57,539 nt of DNA from Candidatus Pacearchaeota archaeon (GCA_017609085.1 JAFCEO010000002.1:1-57539); one strand, 5' to 3'. Positions 31,575 through 42,536 are shown, numbered from the stretch's first letter. Notes: generated by a model not told the origin, from the sequence alone. Numbers and translations are program-made.

Positions 31575-31697
31575 CTTATATTTTTCAAATTTATTTAAAA
31601 ATTTTATTTATTCGAATACAGAAAATTTGAGAAATATAATGGTTATTTGACAGTTTAAAAACCTTGTGGTTTTTATTTAAAAAGAGTATAAAACTTA

Positions 31698-31913
31698 TTA
31701 AATTTTAAATTCGAATGATTTGTTCTTTATTTTTTTAAAAAAATCTACAACACATTTTTTAATACTCTTATTTTTAAATAAAGCTATCCCGATAAGAATA
31801 AACAAAATTCCTTGTAAAAAAGGCAAAAATAACCCGATTACTCCTATTATAATGAAAAAAATACCTAGTATCTTTTTAAAAATCTCCCACCTCTTTTTAC
31901 TTATTTTTTTCAC
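31698..31913 (-). CDS. Small membrane protein (G.IG..LP..QG hairpin type)
   Basis: GVIGLFLPFLQGILFILIG motif. Confidence 0.7.
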   Translation of the reverse strand: MKKISKKRWEIFKKILGIFFIIIGVIGLFLPFLQGILFILIGIALFKNKSIKKCVVDFFKKIKNKSFEFKI

Positions 31914-32066
31914 ATAATGAAAAGAAAAAAATATTTTAAAAGACTTTCTTTTTGATAGGATTATATTTTAAAATGAGGAAAGTCCATTTTTATTTCTAAC
32001 AATATTTTATTTTAATTAACAAAACTAAATTATTAAGTTTTATAAATCCCTTTTAATTAACGAAAT

Positions 32067-33161
32067 ATGGAAGAAAGTAAAAGATTCGAATTAGAAGAAT
32101 TTATTGCAGAGTTGGAAAAATATAAAGGCAGACATACAGAATTGGTTACAGTTTATGTTCCTGCCGGCTATTCTTTGATAAATATAGCAAAACAACTTGA
32201 ACAAGAAAAATCTACTGCAACTAATATTAAAAGCAAGACTACAAGAAAAAATGTTTTAGATGCTTTAGAAAAATTAATTAGACATATCAAATTAATTAAA
32301 AAAACGCCTGAAAACGGAATAGCTTTATTTGCAGGAAATATAAGTGAAACAGAAGGACAATCCCAGATAGAAGTTTTTAGTATCGAACCTCCTGTTCCAT
32401 TAAAAACAAGATTATATAGATGTGACCAAACTTTTGTTTTAGAGCCATTAAAAGAAATGTTGGAAGCAGGAATAGTTTATGGGTTAATAGTTGTTGACAG
32501 AAGAGAAGCAACTATTGGTTTGTTAGAAGGAAAACAGATTAAAGTCTTACAGAAATTAACATCATTTGTTCCTGGAAAAACCGAGAAAGGTGGACAGAGT
32601 GCGGCAAGATACTCAAGAATAAGAGAGGGGATGGCAAAAGAATTTTATAGAAAAGTAGGAGAAGTCGTTAAAAAAAATTTCTTTGATATGGAAAAATTAA
32701 AAGGAATAATTGTCGGAGGTCCTGGCCCAACAAAAGAAGAGTTTTTGAAAGAAGGTCAGTTGGTTACAGCTTTAAAAAACAAAATCATAGCTGTCAAGGA
32801 TATAGGTTATGCTGACGAGCATGGTTTGGAGTTGCTTGTAGAAGCAAGTAAAGATGTTTTAGCAGAACAAGAAATAATCTTGGAGAAAAAAATCTTGGAA
32901 GATTTTTTTGCTAAATTAGCTAAACAACCAGAAAAAATTGTTTATGGCCTGGAAGATGTTAATAAAGCTTTAGATGTCGGAGCTGTTGAAGTTTTGATAA
33001 TTAGCAAGAAACTTGGAAAAAAACAAATCGAGGAGCTAAAGGAAAAAGCCCAAAATATTTCCTCTAAAGTAGAGCTGGTTTCAGAAGAAACAGAAGAAGG
33101 TAAGCAATTTAAAAGTTTAGGAAGAGTTGGAGCTATTTTAAGGTTCGGAATACAAAAATAA
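32067..33161 (+). CDS. prf1: Peptide chain release factor aRF1
   Basis: NIKS, YRCD and GGQS motifs. Confidence 0.97.
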   Translation: MEESKRFELEEFIAELEKYKGRHTELVTVYVPAGYSLINIAKQLEQEKSTATNIKSKTTRKNVLDALEKLIRHIKLIKKTPENGIALFAGNISETEGQSQIEVFSIEPPVPLKTRLYRCDQTFVLEPLKEMLEAGIVYGLIVVDRREATIGLLEGKQIKVLQKLTSFVPGKTEKGGQSAARYSRIREGMAKEFYRKVGEVVKKNFFDMEKLKGIIVGGPGPTKEEFLKEGQLVTALKNKIIAVKDIGYADEHGLELLVEASKDVLAEQEIILEKKILEDFFAKLAKQPEKIVYGLEDVNKALDVGAVEVLIISKKLGKKQIEELKEKAQNISSKVELVSEETEEGKQFKSLGRVGAILRFGIQK

Positions 33162-33275
33162 AGATAAAAAAATTACAATCTTAATTTGCTTTTTATTCAT
33201 AAATTTATATAAAGATAAAAAATATTATCTAAAATTTATCAAAACCTTTAAAATCTTATCTCAATTTATGTTGTT

Positions 33276-33830
33276 ATGGAACTTACGTCAAAAAGTCAGA
33301 AAGAATTGGATGAAGCAGAAGAAATCAAAAATTTAAAAAAAATAGAAGCTGCTTTGTTTATTTCTGGAAGATTTTTATCTTTGCAAGAACTTGTCGCTTT
33401 AACAGACATAAATCCTCTTTTACTGAAAGAGTTAATAGAAAAGCTACAAGATAAATACGATGATGATTCTGCTATAGAGATTATAAGCAGAGGAGAAAAT
33501 TGGAAAATGGATGTTAAACCAGAGTATAGAGACATAGTTAATAGGTTGGCTACAGGAAGTGCAGAATTTTCAAAAGCAGAGCAGGAAACTCTTGCAGTTA
33601 TAGCTTATAAACAACCTATAAAACAATCAGTAGTTGTTAAAATAAGAGGGAATAAGGCCTATGACCATATAAAGCATTTTCTTGAGATTGGCTTAGTAAA
33701 AGCAAAAAAATTTGGACACACAAAAGAATTAACTTTAAGTGAAGATTTTTACGATTATTTCAGTATACAGAAAAAGGACATAAAAGAAACAATAAATAAC
33801 AATAATCCTCAAGACCTGGTTTATAATTAA
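33276..33830 (+). CDS. scpB: SMC-Scp complex subunit ScpB
   Basis: IEAALF, ETLA.IAYKQPI, IRG, F..YF. Confidence 0.9.
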   Translation: MELTSKSQKELDEAEEIKNLKKIEAALFISGRFLSLQELVALTDINPLLLKELIEKLQDKYDDDSAIEIISRGENWKMDVKPEYRDIVNRLATGSAEFSKAEQETLAVIAYKQPIKQSVVVKIRGNKAYDHIKHFLEIGLVKAKKFGHTKELTLSEDFYDYFSIQKKDIKETINNNNPQDLVYN

Positions 33831-33831
33831 A

Positions 33832-35058
33832 ATGGAAATTTTAGCATATATCTACCTTATGTACATGTTTATTTCTCTATATTTTTTGATCATGTTCTTA
33901 CTTCTGTATTTTAAAAATAAAGAAGACATATTCGGTTATGAAAGACCAACTAAAAAATACTCTGTAAGCTTTATTGTTCCTGCTTTTAATGAAGAAAAAA
34001 CAATAAAAGATACAGTGAAACATATTTTTGATATTAACTATAAAATAGAAGAGGTAATTATTGTTAATGATTGCTCTACTGATGGAACTCTAAAAGTTGC
34101 TCGAGAGTTAATTAAAAAATACCCCAAGTTAAAGATTTTGAATAATAAAAAAAATCTTGGAAAAGCAGGGTCTTTGAATAGAGCATTGAAAATTGCTAAG
34201 GGTGAATTGGTAGCAGTTGTAGATGCAGACAGTTATCCTTCTCGAAATAGCATCAAGAAATTAGTTGGCTTTTTTGATAACGAAAAAGTTGGAGCAGTTA
34301 CTTGTGTTATTGTTGCAAGGAATAAAAATAAATTTATTGAAAAATTACAATCAATAGAGTATAGAGTAATTGCTTTTACAAGAAAACTTTTAGATTACAT
34401 TGATGCAATTTATGTTACTCCTGGACCTTTGGCATTATATAGGAAAAAGGCGCTTCTTGAAATTGGAGGTTTTGACGAAAAAAATTTAACAGAAGATATA
34501 GAGGCCACTTGGCATTTAACGGCCAAAGGTTGGGAAAGAAGGATGTGTTTATCAGCGTCGGTTTCTACTACAGTACCCTCAAAAGTTAGAGCTTGGTTCA
34601 ATCAAAGAAGGAGATGGAACATAGGAGGATTACAGTGTATTTACAAATACAGGAAATTTCTTGGAAAAAAAGGAATGCTTGGATACTTTATTATCCCTTT
34701 TTTTATTATGACTACCTTTTTGGGCTTGCTTGGTTTAAGTATCTTCTCCTACCTTATCACAAGAAGATTTATCTCTAATTTCTTATATACAAAATATTCC
34801 GTAATTGCAGAAACCCCTTTATTGACTTTGGAAAAATTTTATATTACACCCAGTGTATTAAATTATCTCGGAGTCGTCCTATTCATTTTTTGGACAATTT
34901 TTACTTTGATAATACTCTCAATTTTAAAAGAGAAGATTTTAGTTAAACAAAACATTTTAAATATCCCTTTTTATATATTAGTTTACTTAACTTTTTATCC
35001 TTTTATAATGTTAAGTGCCATATGGGGAATAATAAGAGGGAAAAAAATTTGGAGATAG
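33832..35058 (+). CDS. Processive GT2 glycosyltransferase
   Basis: VPAFNEE, GKA..LN, DAD, TED and QRRRW motifs plus TM helices. Confidence 0.92.
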   Translation: MEILAYIYLMYMFISLYFLIMFLLLYFKNKEDIFGYERPTKKYSVSFIVPAFNEEKTIKDTVKHIFDINYKIEEVIIVNDCSTDGTLKVARELIKKYPKLKILNNKKNLGKAGSLNRALKIAKGELVAVVDADSYPSRNSIKKLVGFFDNEKVGAVTCVIVARNKNKFIEKLQSIEYRVIAFTRKLLDYIDAIYVTPGPLALYRKKALLEIGGFDEKNLTEDIEATWHLTAKGWERRMCLSASVSTTVPSKVRAWFNQRRRWNIGGLQCIYKYRKFLGKKGMLGYFIIPFFIMTTFLGLLGLSIFSYLITRRFISNFLYTKYSVIAETPLLTLEKFYITPSVLNYLGVVLFIFWTIFTLIILSILKEKILVKQNILNIPFYILVYLTFYPFIMLSAIWGIIRGKKIWR

Positions 35059-35074
35059 GATCAAAACTAAGAAA

Positions 35075-35734
35075 ATGTTTAGGTCACAGAAGCATATTTT
35101 TTGGGAAGCATTGATAATTACTCTTTTTTTATTTGGAATAGGAATTATCACTGGAATAATTTTGGAGAGTTGGAGAACTAATAATATTGATAAATTATAT
35201 AAATACTCTGAAATAGAGCTACTCGATATAAAAACTCAAAATGAAATTTATAATATGGGAAGTTTTGACTGTGATATCGCCATACAAGAAAATTTAAAAT
35301 TTGCGAATAAAATCTACGAAGAGGCCGAACTCTTGGGAAGATACGAGAAAGCGAGCAGATTAACAGACAATTTAAAATTAGAACACAAAAAGTATGATCT
35401 TCTTAGAACATTGCTATGGATGAATGCTATTAAAATTAAAGAGAAATGTAATGCAGATTATCATAATGTTGTTTACATTTATGATTACAATGACGCAAGT
35501 ATTAAGACAAAAGCTAAACAATCAGTTTTTTCTAAAATATTAGAAGAATTGAAAAAAGAAAAAGGGAATGAAATAATGCTTATTCCAATGGCAGGTGACA
35601 ATAATTTATCTTCCATCAATCTTATGATGGAACTTTACAACATCTCAGAATCTGAACTTCCAGTTATTTTAATAGATGAAAAAATAAAAATCACAAAAAT
35701 TGAAGAAGCCAAAAACATTAGAGATTTATTATAA
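35075..35734 (+). CDS. Membrane-anchored hypothetical protein
   Basis: N-terminal TM, two Cys, C-terminal LPVILID; directly downstream of GT2. Confidence 0.7.
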   Translation: MFRSQKHIFWEALIITLFLFGIGIITGIILESWRTNNIDKLYKYSEIELLDIKTQNEIYNMGSFDCDIAIQENLKFANKIYEEAELLGRYEKASRLTDNLKLEHKKYDLLRTLLWMNAIKIKEKCNADYHNVVYIYDYNDASIKTKAKQSVFSKILEELKKEKGNEIMLIPMAGDNNLSSINLMMELYNISESELPVILIDEKIKITKIEEAKNIRDLL

Positions 35735-35794
35735 AAAAGCAAAATATAATATATTTTAAATTATAGCAATAAATAAAAATAGTTTTTTCTTCTT

Positions 35795-36949
35795 TTGCCT
35801 ATGGAACGATGTTTCAGATGTGAAAGAACAAAGGAAGAAGTGAAACTTATAGACGCTATTTACGGAAAAGAGATAGTTAAGATATGTGAAAGATGCGCAA
35901 TAACTGAAAATATACCTGTAATCAGAAAACCTACTACTTCTCAATTAAAAGAAGCTGAAAAAAATCAAACTGTTTATCAAAGATTAAAAAAGTTGTCAGG
36001 GATAGCAGCTGAAGAAGAAAAGAAAAGAGAATCTATATTAGATAGGATAAGAAAATTAGACGAACAACCAGAACTTGAAAGGCCAGAAGAAAAACCATTA
36101 AATCTCATTGATAATTTTAATTGGCATATCACGAGAGCACGAAGAAACAAAGGGCTCGGTCAAAAACAATTGGCATGGGCTTTAGGAGAAAGTGAAACGG
36201 CGATAAAAATGTTGGAAAAAGGAGAGCTTCCAGAAGAGCCTGAAAAATTAATCAGAAAATTAGAGCAGTTTTTCCAGATTGCTTTAAGAAAAGAAACAGA
36301 AGGAGAACTTGAAGCTAAAAAAAGAAAAAGAGAAGAAAGAATCTTAGAAATGGCTATTGAAGGAGAACCCATAGAAGAAATAATTGAAGAAAGAGCAAAA
36401 AGTGAAGAAGAAATTAAAGAAAGTAAAAAAGATATAGAAAAAGTTGAAGAAAAAGAAAAGAAAAAATACAAGGAAATTCTTAGCTTTGAACCAGAAGTGA
36501 CGAAAAGTCTAACTATAGCTGATTTAAAGAAAATAAAAGAAGAACAAGAAAGAATGGAGAGACTATTAGATACCGAGGAGGAAAGAAAAAAAACATTACA
36601 GGCAGAAAATATCATTCGAGATGTTGCAGTCACAGATGAAGAAAAAAGAAAAATACAACTAAAAGAGGAAATAGCGAATGAAATGAAAAGTATAGCACAA
36701 GGCAAAGAAAAGATTGAAAAGATATCCGAGAAAAAAACGATGCTCGAAAAAGCCGTCGAAAAAATAATAGGAGAAAAGAAAGATTATGTTCCTACAATTT
36801 GGGAATTAATGGAGAAGAAAAAAGAAAAATTAAAAAATAAAGAAGTAGAAGAAAAGGAGAAAATCGAAGAGCCTATAAATATTTCTGATTTACTAAAAAA
36901 AGAGCAAGAAGAATCTTTAATTGGAAACGAAATTGAAATAGCTGAGTAA
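35795..36949 (+). CDS. MBF1-like Zn-ribbon/HTH protein with long charged tail
   Basis: CFRC...CERC, I.RAR...GL.Q..LA..L.E....I..LE.G.L.P HTH, then ~200 aa E/K-rich sequence. Confidence 0.75.
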   Translation: MPMERCFRCERTKEEVKLIDAIYGKEIVKICERCAITENIPVIRKPTTSQLKEAEKNQTVYQRLKKLSGIAAEEEKKRESILDRIRKLDEQPELERPEEKPLNLIDNFNWHITRARRNKGLGQKQLAWALGESETAIKMLEKGELPEEPEKLIRKLEQFFQIALRKETEGELEAKKRKREERILEMAIEGEPIEEIIEERAKSEEEIKESKKDIEKVEEKEKKKYKEILSFEPEVTKSLTIADLKKIKEEQERMERLLDTEEERKKTLQAENIIRDVAVTDEEKRKIQLKEEIANEMKSIAQGKEKIEKISEKKTMLEKAVEKIIGEKKDYVPTIWELMEKKKEKLKNKEVEEKEKIEEPINISDLLKKEQEESLIGNEIEIAE

Positions 36950-36980
36950 GATTTAAAAATGCATTTCTTTTATATATGTA

Positions 36981-37244
36981 ATGGAAATAAAAATTTTGAA
37001 AGATGAAAAGCAAGAATTAAAAGTTCAAATAGATAATCTAACAGTAGTAGAACTTTTGAGAATCTATTTAAATCAAGATGATAGTGTAAAATTAGGAGCT
37101 TGGAGAAGAGAGCATCCAACTAAGGCGCCAATTTTACATATAAAAACTTCTGAAAAATCAGCAAAAAAAGCTCTTCAAGACGCTATCAGTAGAGTAGAAA
37201 AGGATTTAGCAAAATATGAAAGTGAATTTAAGAAAGCAAAATAA
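36981..37244 (+). CDS. rpoL: RNA polymerase subunit L (Rpo11)
   Basis: T..ELLR.YL....V...AW..EHP pattern; size fits. Confidence 0.85.
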   Translation: MEIKILKDEKQELKVQIDNLTVVELLRIYLNQDDSVKLGAWRREHPTKAPILHIKTSEKSAKKALQDAISRVEKDLAKYESEFKKAK

Positions 37245-37284
37245 AATTAAGAAAATTTATTAATTATTATTCTTCTATTGTTCT

Positions 37285-37809
37285 ATGAAAGGAGTTGAAC
37301 TTATCAAATTGGCAAAAGAAGCTATTTCCAGTGAGTTTTCTGGAAAAAAGATTAGAATTCCTCCCTATAAAGAATTAAAAGAAAAAAGAGGATGTTTTGT
37401 AACTCTAACTAAACACGGAGAGTTAAGAGGCTGCATAGGTTTTCCTTATCCTAGTATTCCCTTAGGAGAAGCAATTGTACAGGCAGCAAGGTCCGCCGCT
37501 TTTTCTGATCCAAGATTTCCTCCTGTAACAGAAAAAGAACTTCCGAATATAAAAGTGGAAATCTCTATACTTTCTGTTCCAGAAGAAGTAAAGCCAGATC
37601 CTGTAAATATAGAAATCGGAAAAGATGGAATAATGTGCGAGTATGAAGGATTTAGCGGATTGCTTCTACCACAAGTAGCCATAGAATATAAAATGAATGC
37701 AGAAGAATTTTTAAGAGCTTTATGTCAGAAAGCGGGCTTACCTTTAGATTCTTGGAAAGAACCTGGATTTAAATTATGGAAATTTCAAGCTAAAATCTTT
37801 AAAGAATAA
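37285..37809 (+). CDS. AMMECR1-domain protein
   Basis: GCFVTL...G.LRGCIG, DPRFPP, LLLPQVA, KAGL. Confidence 0.93.
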   Translation: MKGVELIKLAKEAISSEFSGKKIRIPPYKELKEKRGCFVTLTKHGELRGCIGFPYPSIPLGEAIVQAARSAAFSDPRFPPVTEKELPNIKVEISILSVPEEVKPDPVNIEIGKDGIMCEYEGFSGLLLPQVAIEYKMNAEEFLRALCQKAGLPLDSWKEPGFKLWKFQAKIFKE

Positions 37810-38106
37810 TTATTTTTCAAATTTATTCAATTTTTCCATCTTTGTGAATGGAAACGGTCTTTTATTGCTCATAAAAGTTAAGTAATGTATGTATTTGTAA
37901 ACTTCTGTATTAAAGTATTCAGAAAATTCAGCTATATCTTTATTTCTCTTTCCAGAAAAAACTGTTATAAACCAATTAACAACTGCTAAAAATTTGATAG
38001 GTACGCTCCACAAAGAAATAATTACCCCAGATACAATTAAGACGATGAGTCTAAACCATGCTTCTTCTTTTTCTTTATTTTTTTTAACTTTTTTCTTTTT
38101 TGGCAT
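37810..38106 (-). CDS. DUF4389-like small membrane protein
   Basis: W...F.GKR....F......Y..YL.F....RPFPF pattern. Confidence 0.7.
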   Translation of the reverse strand: MPKKKKVKKNKEKEEAWFRLIVLIVSGVIISLWSVPIKFLAVVNWFITVFSGKRNKDIAEFSEYFNTEVYKYIHYLTFMSNKRPFPFTKMEKLNKFEK

Positions 38107-38182
38107 GATTTTATATGTTTTTTAGATTTTTAATATTTTGCATTATAGTAATCCTTATAATATTATTTTTCTTTTTATTTTT

Positions 38183-38908
38183 ATGGCCGAGAGAAAAATA
38201 TCTGCTGGAAGTTATGATTTGAATAAATGGCTTTTTGGAGGTTATGAGAAAGATATTATCACAACAATTTATGGCCCTGCCGGTTCTGGAAAGAGTAATT
38301 TCTGTTTGCTTGTTTCTGTAAGTCAGGCAAAAAAAGGGAATAAAGTAATTTATATAGATACTGAAGGAGGATTTTCTGTAGATAGAATTAAACAACTAAC
38401 AAATAATTACGAAGAAGTGTTAAAAAATATCTTACTTTTAAATCCAGTATCATTTCAAGAACAAGAGAAAGCTTTTATGCAACTGCTTAACGAATTAAAA
38501 AAGAGCAAAATTGGACTAATTGTTGTAGATGGCATGACCATGCTATACAGATTAGAATTAGCAGAAGCAAAAAAACAGGATCAAGAAAAAATAAGAGAGA
38601 TTAACAGCAAATTGGCTAGACAGATGAGAATTTTAGCTGAGATAGCAAGAAAAAAGAAGATTCCAGTTATTGTTACGAACCAAGTTTATAGCGAGTTTTT
38701 AAGTGAAGAGGAAATTAAACAAGGTAAAGAGAGGGCTGTAAGTATGGTTGGTGGCGATATTTTAAAATATTGGTCAAAATGTATAATAGAATTAAAAAGG
38801 GAAAAGGGAAAAAGGAAAGCAATATTACGAAAACATAGAAGTTTGCCTGAAAAAGAATTGAGTTTTGAAATAATAGATAAGGGCATAAGAAGAAAAGGGT
38901 GGATTTAG
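38183..38908 (+). CDS. radB: DNA repair protein RadB
   Basis: GPAGSGKS, YIDTEGG, TNQVY and the RadB-specific KHR motif; ATG at 38183. Confidence 0.92.
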   Translation: MAERKISAGSYDLNKWLFGGYEKDIITTIYGPAGSGKSNFCLLVSVSQAKKGNKVIYIDTEGGFSVDRIKQLTNNYEEVLKNILLLNPVSFQEQEKAFMQLLNELKKSKIGLIVVDGMTMLYRLELAEAKKQDQEKIREINSKLARQMRILAEIARKKKIPVIVTNQVYSEFLSEEEIKQGKERAVSMVGGDILKYWSKCIIELKREKGKRKAILRKHRSLPEKELSFEIIDKGIRRKGWI

Positions 38909-38917
38909 TTTTATTTC

Positions 38918-40984
38918 TTACTCTTCTTTTTTTCTTTTTCCGTTATATTGCTTTCTAGTCGGGCACGCAGGGTTAAAGCAAAATTTCCAGGGTGTTCTGC
39001 CTTTTCTTATAGCTAATATCAAAGGAAAACCACACTCAGGACAAGTTTCTTTTACTCTTTTACCATCATCTTCAATTATAGAAGGTTTCATTAATCCATA
39101 GGGAGGAAGTGTATAGGTATTCTTACATTCAGGATAAGCTGAACACGCAATAAAGTATCTTTTTGAATTTTTATTATAAAGAATTCTTAAATTTCCTTTT
39201 TTGCACACAGGACATTCTATTAAAGTATTATCTTCCATTTCTTTCTCTCTTGATTTTTTAAGTGAGGAAAGAAGTTCTTTACCTATTTTTTCTTCATTTT
39301 CTCTGAATTGTTTTTCTATTTTTAAGAGTGTTTGCTTGGCTTGTTCAATAATTTTTTCTGATTTTTCTTTCAAATTCTTCTTTGCTGTTTGTATAGAGTT
39401 CATTTGTTTTTCGAATTCGCGAGTTAAAGACTCATCTATAATTATTGGAGAATTTTTTTCCAAACTTTCTATCAAAGACATTCCTAAAGGAGTGGCTTCA
39501 ATACTTTTTCCTTTAATGTATCCTCTGTTAAACAAGGTTTCTACTATTGAGGCGCGAGTTGCTTTTGTTCCGAGATTTCTCTTTTCAAGTTCCCTTACAA
39601 GAGAAGCTGAAGTGTATCTTTTAGGGGGCTTTGTCATTTTTTCTTCAATTCTTATTTCTTTAATCTTTACTTTGCCGTTCAAATCTGGCAACTTAGTTTC
39701 TTTAAAATTAGCCTCATATACATTCATCCACCCCCTCTCTTTAATATTCAAACCCTTCGCAATAAATTTTAGACTATCTATTGTCACTTCTATTTTTTTA
39801 TTCTCTAAGACTGCGAAATCACAAAAACAAGAAATGAATCTTCTAACGATTAAGTTATAAACTTTTTTTTCTTCATCATTTAATTCTTTATGTTCCCCAG
39901 TAGGATAAATAGAAGGGTGAGCAGGATCGCTTTTTTTACCTTCAATTGGCTTATCCCTCTTTACATATCTTACAAGTCGAGTATATTTACTGAGCTTCTT
40001 TAAAATTTCTTTATAAGCTATGCTTGGAGGTAACTTTTGTGAAGATGTTCGAGGATAACTTATAAGTCCGGCAAGATAAAGTTGCTGGGCAATTTGTAAT
40101 GTTCTCGAAGGTGTCAACCCATAAAACTTGTAGGCTTCTGTCTGTAAAGTTGTTAAATCAAAAGGAGTAGGAGGAGGAATTTTTTCTTCTTTTACTATTG
40201 TTTTAGCTTCAGCTGTCTTGCCCTTCAAAACTTTAAATTTAGCAAGTTCAGATTTTTTTGTTATATCCTTTGGATATTTGACCTCTATTTTATGGCTATT
40301 GCTAACTACGAGAAAAATCTGCCAATAAGGTTCTGGTTTAAAATTTTTAATAGCCCTTTCTTTTTCAACAACTAGATGTAGAGCAGGTCCTTGAACTCTT
40401 CCGATACTTAATATTTTGAAATTTCCGGCCTTTTTTATAGCTTCCATTAAAGCTCTACTCAAATTAATACCGTAAAGCCAATCTAACTTATGACGAGTTT
40501 CTCCTGCATAGGCTTGTCCAAAGTCTATATTTGGAAGAGGGGAAGTATATGAAGCTCTAAGTTCGTCGGAAGTTAAAGTTGAAAACTTCATTCTTTTTGC
40601 ATTATTTGTTTTTGCTATAAATCTTAAAATATTCCACCCTATAAGTTCGCCTTCTATGTCGTAATCGCAAGCTATAATGAAATTATTAGCTTTTTTGCAT
40701 AAAACAGACAGAGCATCGGAATATTTTTTGCTCCAGTCTTGTTTCTTAACTTTGAAATTAGGTACCCAACCTATATCGAAAATTGGCCAACCCTTCCCTG
40801 ACTTCTGTTTTAAAGTAAATAAATGTCCTACTGCACATCCAATCAAAATTTTTTTTTGAGGAAGGAGAATTTCGTAATAAGGCACCCCTTTAATATTCTT
40901 TTTTTCTGCCTTTCCCAAAGCAGAAGCTATTTTTGCTGCTGCCTGAGGTTTTTCGGTTATAATTAATTCAGTTTGATTGGGCAT
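38918..40984 (-). CDS. topA: Type IA DNA topoisomerase
   Basis: ITEKP, DYDIEGE, S.GRVQ, ISYPRT, GT.ATR, C-terminal Zn ribbons. Confidence 0.95.
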   Translation of the reverse strand: MPNQTELIITEKPQAAAKIASALGKAEKKNIKGVPYYEILLPQKKILIGCAVGHLFTLKQKSGKGWPIFDIGWVPNFKVKKQDWSKKYSDALSVLCKKANNFIIACDYDIEGELIGWNILRFIAKTNNAKRMKFSTLTSDELRASYTSPLPNIDFGQAYAGETRHKLDWLYGINLSRALMEAIKKAGNFKILSIGRVQGPALHLVVEKERAIKNFKPEPYWQIFLVVSNSHKIEVKYPKDITKKSELAKFKVLKGKTAEAKTIVKEEKIPPPTPFDLTTLQTEAYKFYGLTPSRTLQIAQQLYLAGLISYPRTSSQKLPPSIAYKEILKKLSKYTRLVRYVKRDKPIEGKKSDPAHPSIYPTGEHKELNDEEKKVYNLIVRRFISCFCDFAVLENKKIEVTIDSLKFIAKGLNIKERGWMNVYEANFKETKLPDLNGKVKIKEIRIEEKMTKPPKRYTSASLVRELEKRNLGTKATRASIVETLFNRGYIKGKSIEATPLGMSLIESLEKNSPIIIDESLTREFEKQMNSIQTAKKNLKEKSEKIIEQAKQTLLKIEKQFRENEEKIGKELLSSLKKSREKEMEDNTLIECPVCKKGNLRILYNKNSKRYFIACSAYPECKNTYTLPPYGLMKPSIIEDDGKRVKETCPECGFPLILAIRKGRTPWKFCFNPACPTRKQYNGKRKKEE

Positions 40985-41003
40985 TTTCCCATTACTTTTT
41001 AAA

Positions 41004-41855
41004 TTATTTAAGTTTATTCATTTCTTCAATTCTTTTTCTTGCATCAATCGATGAAGAAAACATTTTCCAGAAAATTCTGGAAAGCCACTCTGTCCATTCT
41101 TTGTCTTTTATGGTATAAAATATAAAAATCTTTTTATTTAACTCATTTATTTTTCCGGTCGGTTCTTTTATTTCTTTTATCCTGAAAAGTTTGTTATCAG
41201 CTATAATAGCCCTAAGAGGATGTTCTCTGTGCCTTACCTCTATATTTTCTTTCCCATATTTAAAATTTAGAGATAATATTTTTTCTATATTTTCTTTTCC
41301 AACTAAATCGACCCTACATACTATCTTTATATTTACATTTTTTTTCGCTAAATTTTCAATTTCTTTGAATATGTCAATTTCTTTATTTTTCAGATTTATA
41401 AAAGAAAGATTTCCAGAGAAAATCAAGAGTTGCTTTTTTGTATTTTTTAGAAAATCGGCAAGTTCTCTTATATCAGTTTTATTTTCATTTAATGCTTCTT
41501 CTATACTCGCTTTTTTATTTTTATCTTTTACATGCTGAAAAATATCAAAAGCAGAAAATTCTTCTTTTTTTCTCGCATTCATTATTTCTTTTTCAAGCAT
41601 TTTTTGGAATACAGAACTACTTATCTTTTCCATACTTGCCCAATAAACTATTTTTAAAGCTCCTCTTGTCCCTTCTCTAAAAGTCCTAGTGGCGAGAGTG
41701 CCATATTCTTTTTCTATTTCCTGAATATAGCGGTCAGCAGTTCTCCAACTTTTTCCCAACATCTCTGCAATTTCCTGAATTGAGCGTGGCTTTTCATATA
41801 CAAATTCCTCAATTTTCTTTATTGTCTCATTATTCAACATAATTTTACTTAACAT
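41004..41855 (-). CDS. HTH transcriptional regulator with TrmB/PLD-like C-terminal domain
   Basis: SIQEIA..LGKSWRTA.RY HTH; C-terminal alpha/beta domain ending F.KMF. Confidence 0.6.
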   Translation of the reverse strand: MLSKIMLNNETIKKIEEFVYEKPRSIQEIAEMLGKSWRTADRYIQEIEKEYGTLATRTFREGTRGALKIVYWASMEKISSSVFQKMLEKEIMNARKKEEFSAFDIFQHVKDKNKKASIEEALNENKTDIRELADFLKNTKKQLLIFSGNLSFINLKNKEIDIFKEIENLAKKNVNIKIVCRVDLVGKENIEKILSLNFKYGKENIEVRHREHPLRAIIADNKLFRIKEIKEPTGKINELNKKIFIFYTIKDKEWTEWLSRIFWKMFSSSIDARKRIEEMNKLK

Positions 41856-42057
41856 TAGAAGTTTTTAAACATTACTACAACACTATTGACAAATTTTGTG
41901 CAGAAAAAGGTATATAGTTTGCAACTATATTTTCAGTATGAAAAGATAAAAATGAGGAATAATAAATCTACAACAGATTTTTAGGAGGAAATGCTGGACA
42001 AGTTGATTGTAAAATGTGTTATCTTGAAAGAAAAGAGGTTTGAAAGGAAATTGATAA

Positions 42058-42516
42058 ATGAAAGAAGATAGAATGTTTGGTGAAATTTGTAAGTTAGAAG
42101 GTAAAAGATATGAAGGAGAATTCCGGGGTGTTAGAAGAAGTAGGGAAATAAGGAGAAAGGCCCTTGTCGCAGGATATACAATAGAGATTTATCCGTTTTA
42201 TGAAGGAGTAGGAGTTATAAGAGATAAAGAAAAAGAAGAAAAGAAAATACTTTATTTTACAACCTGGGGAACTTTTTATAACCTACCTTCCAATCTAGAA
42301 GAAACTATTATGAATTTTCCTGCCAGCTTGGACAAAAAAATTAGAGAAAAAGACCGCAAAAGACTTGTGGATTATGTTTTAAAAAAACTGAACGAAGTTA
42401 AATCTTCAGATATTATTTCCACCATAATACTAATGCCCCACAGCAAAGAAGAGTTAGTTAAAGCAGGATTCATCCCAGATGAAAAAGGTCAGTTTTATCT
42501 TGCTTTTAGTGAATAA
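42058..42516 (+). CDS. Hypothetical protein
   Basis: 152-aa ORF; no family recognised. Confidence 0.65.
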   Translation: MKEDRMFGEICKLEGKRYEGEFRGVRRSREIRRKALVAGYTIEIYPFYEGVGVIRDKEKEEKKILYFTTWGTFYNLPSNLEETIMNFPASLDKKIREKDRKRLVDYVLKKLNEVKSSDIISTIILMPHSKEELVKAGFIPDEKGQFYLAFSE

Positions 42517-42536
42517 AAATTGAAAGTAGCAAAAAA

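Noticed and set aside
41860-42071. Short Cys-containing frames and a 26-aa ORF after AGGAGG
   Set aside because: Fragments are too short and spread over different frames to support a gene call.
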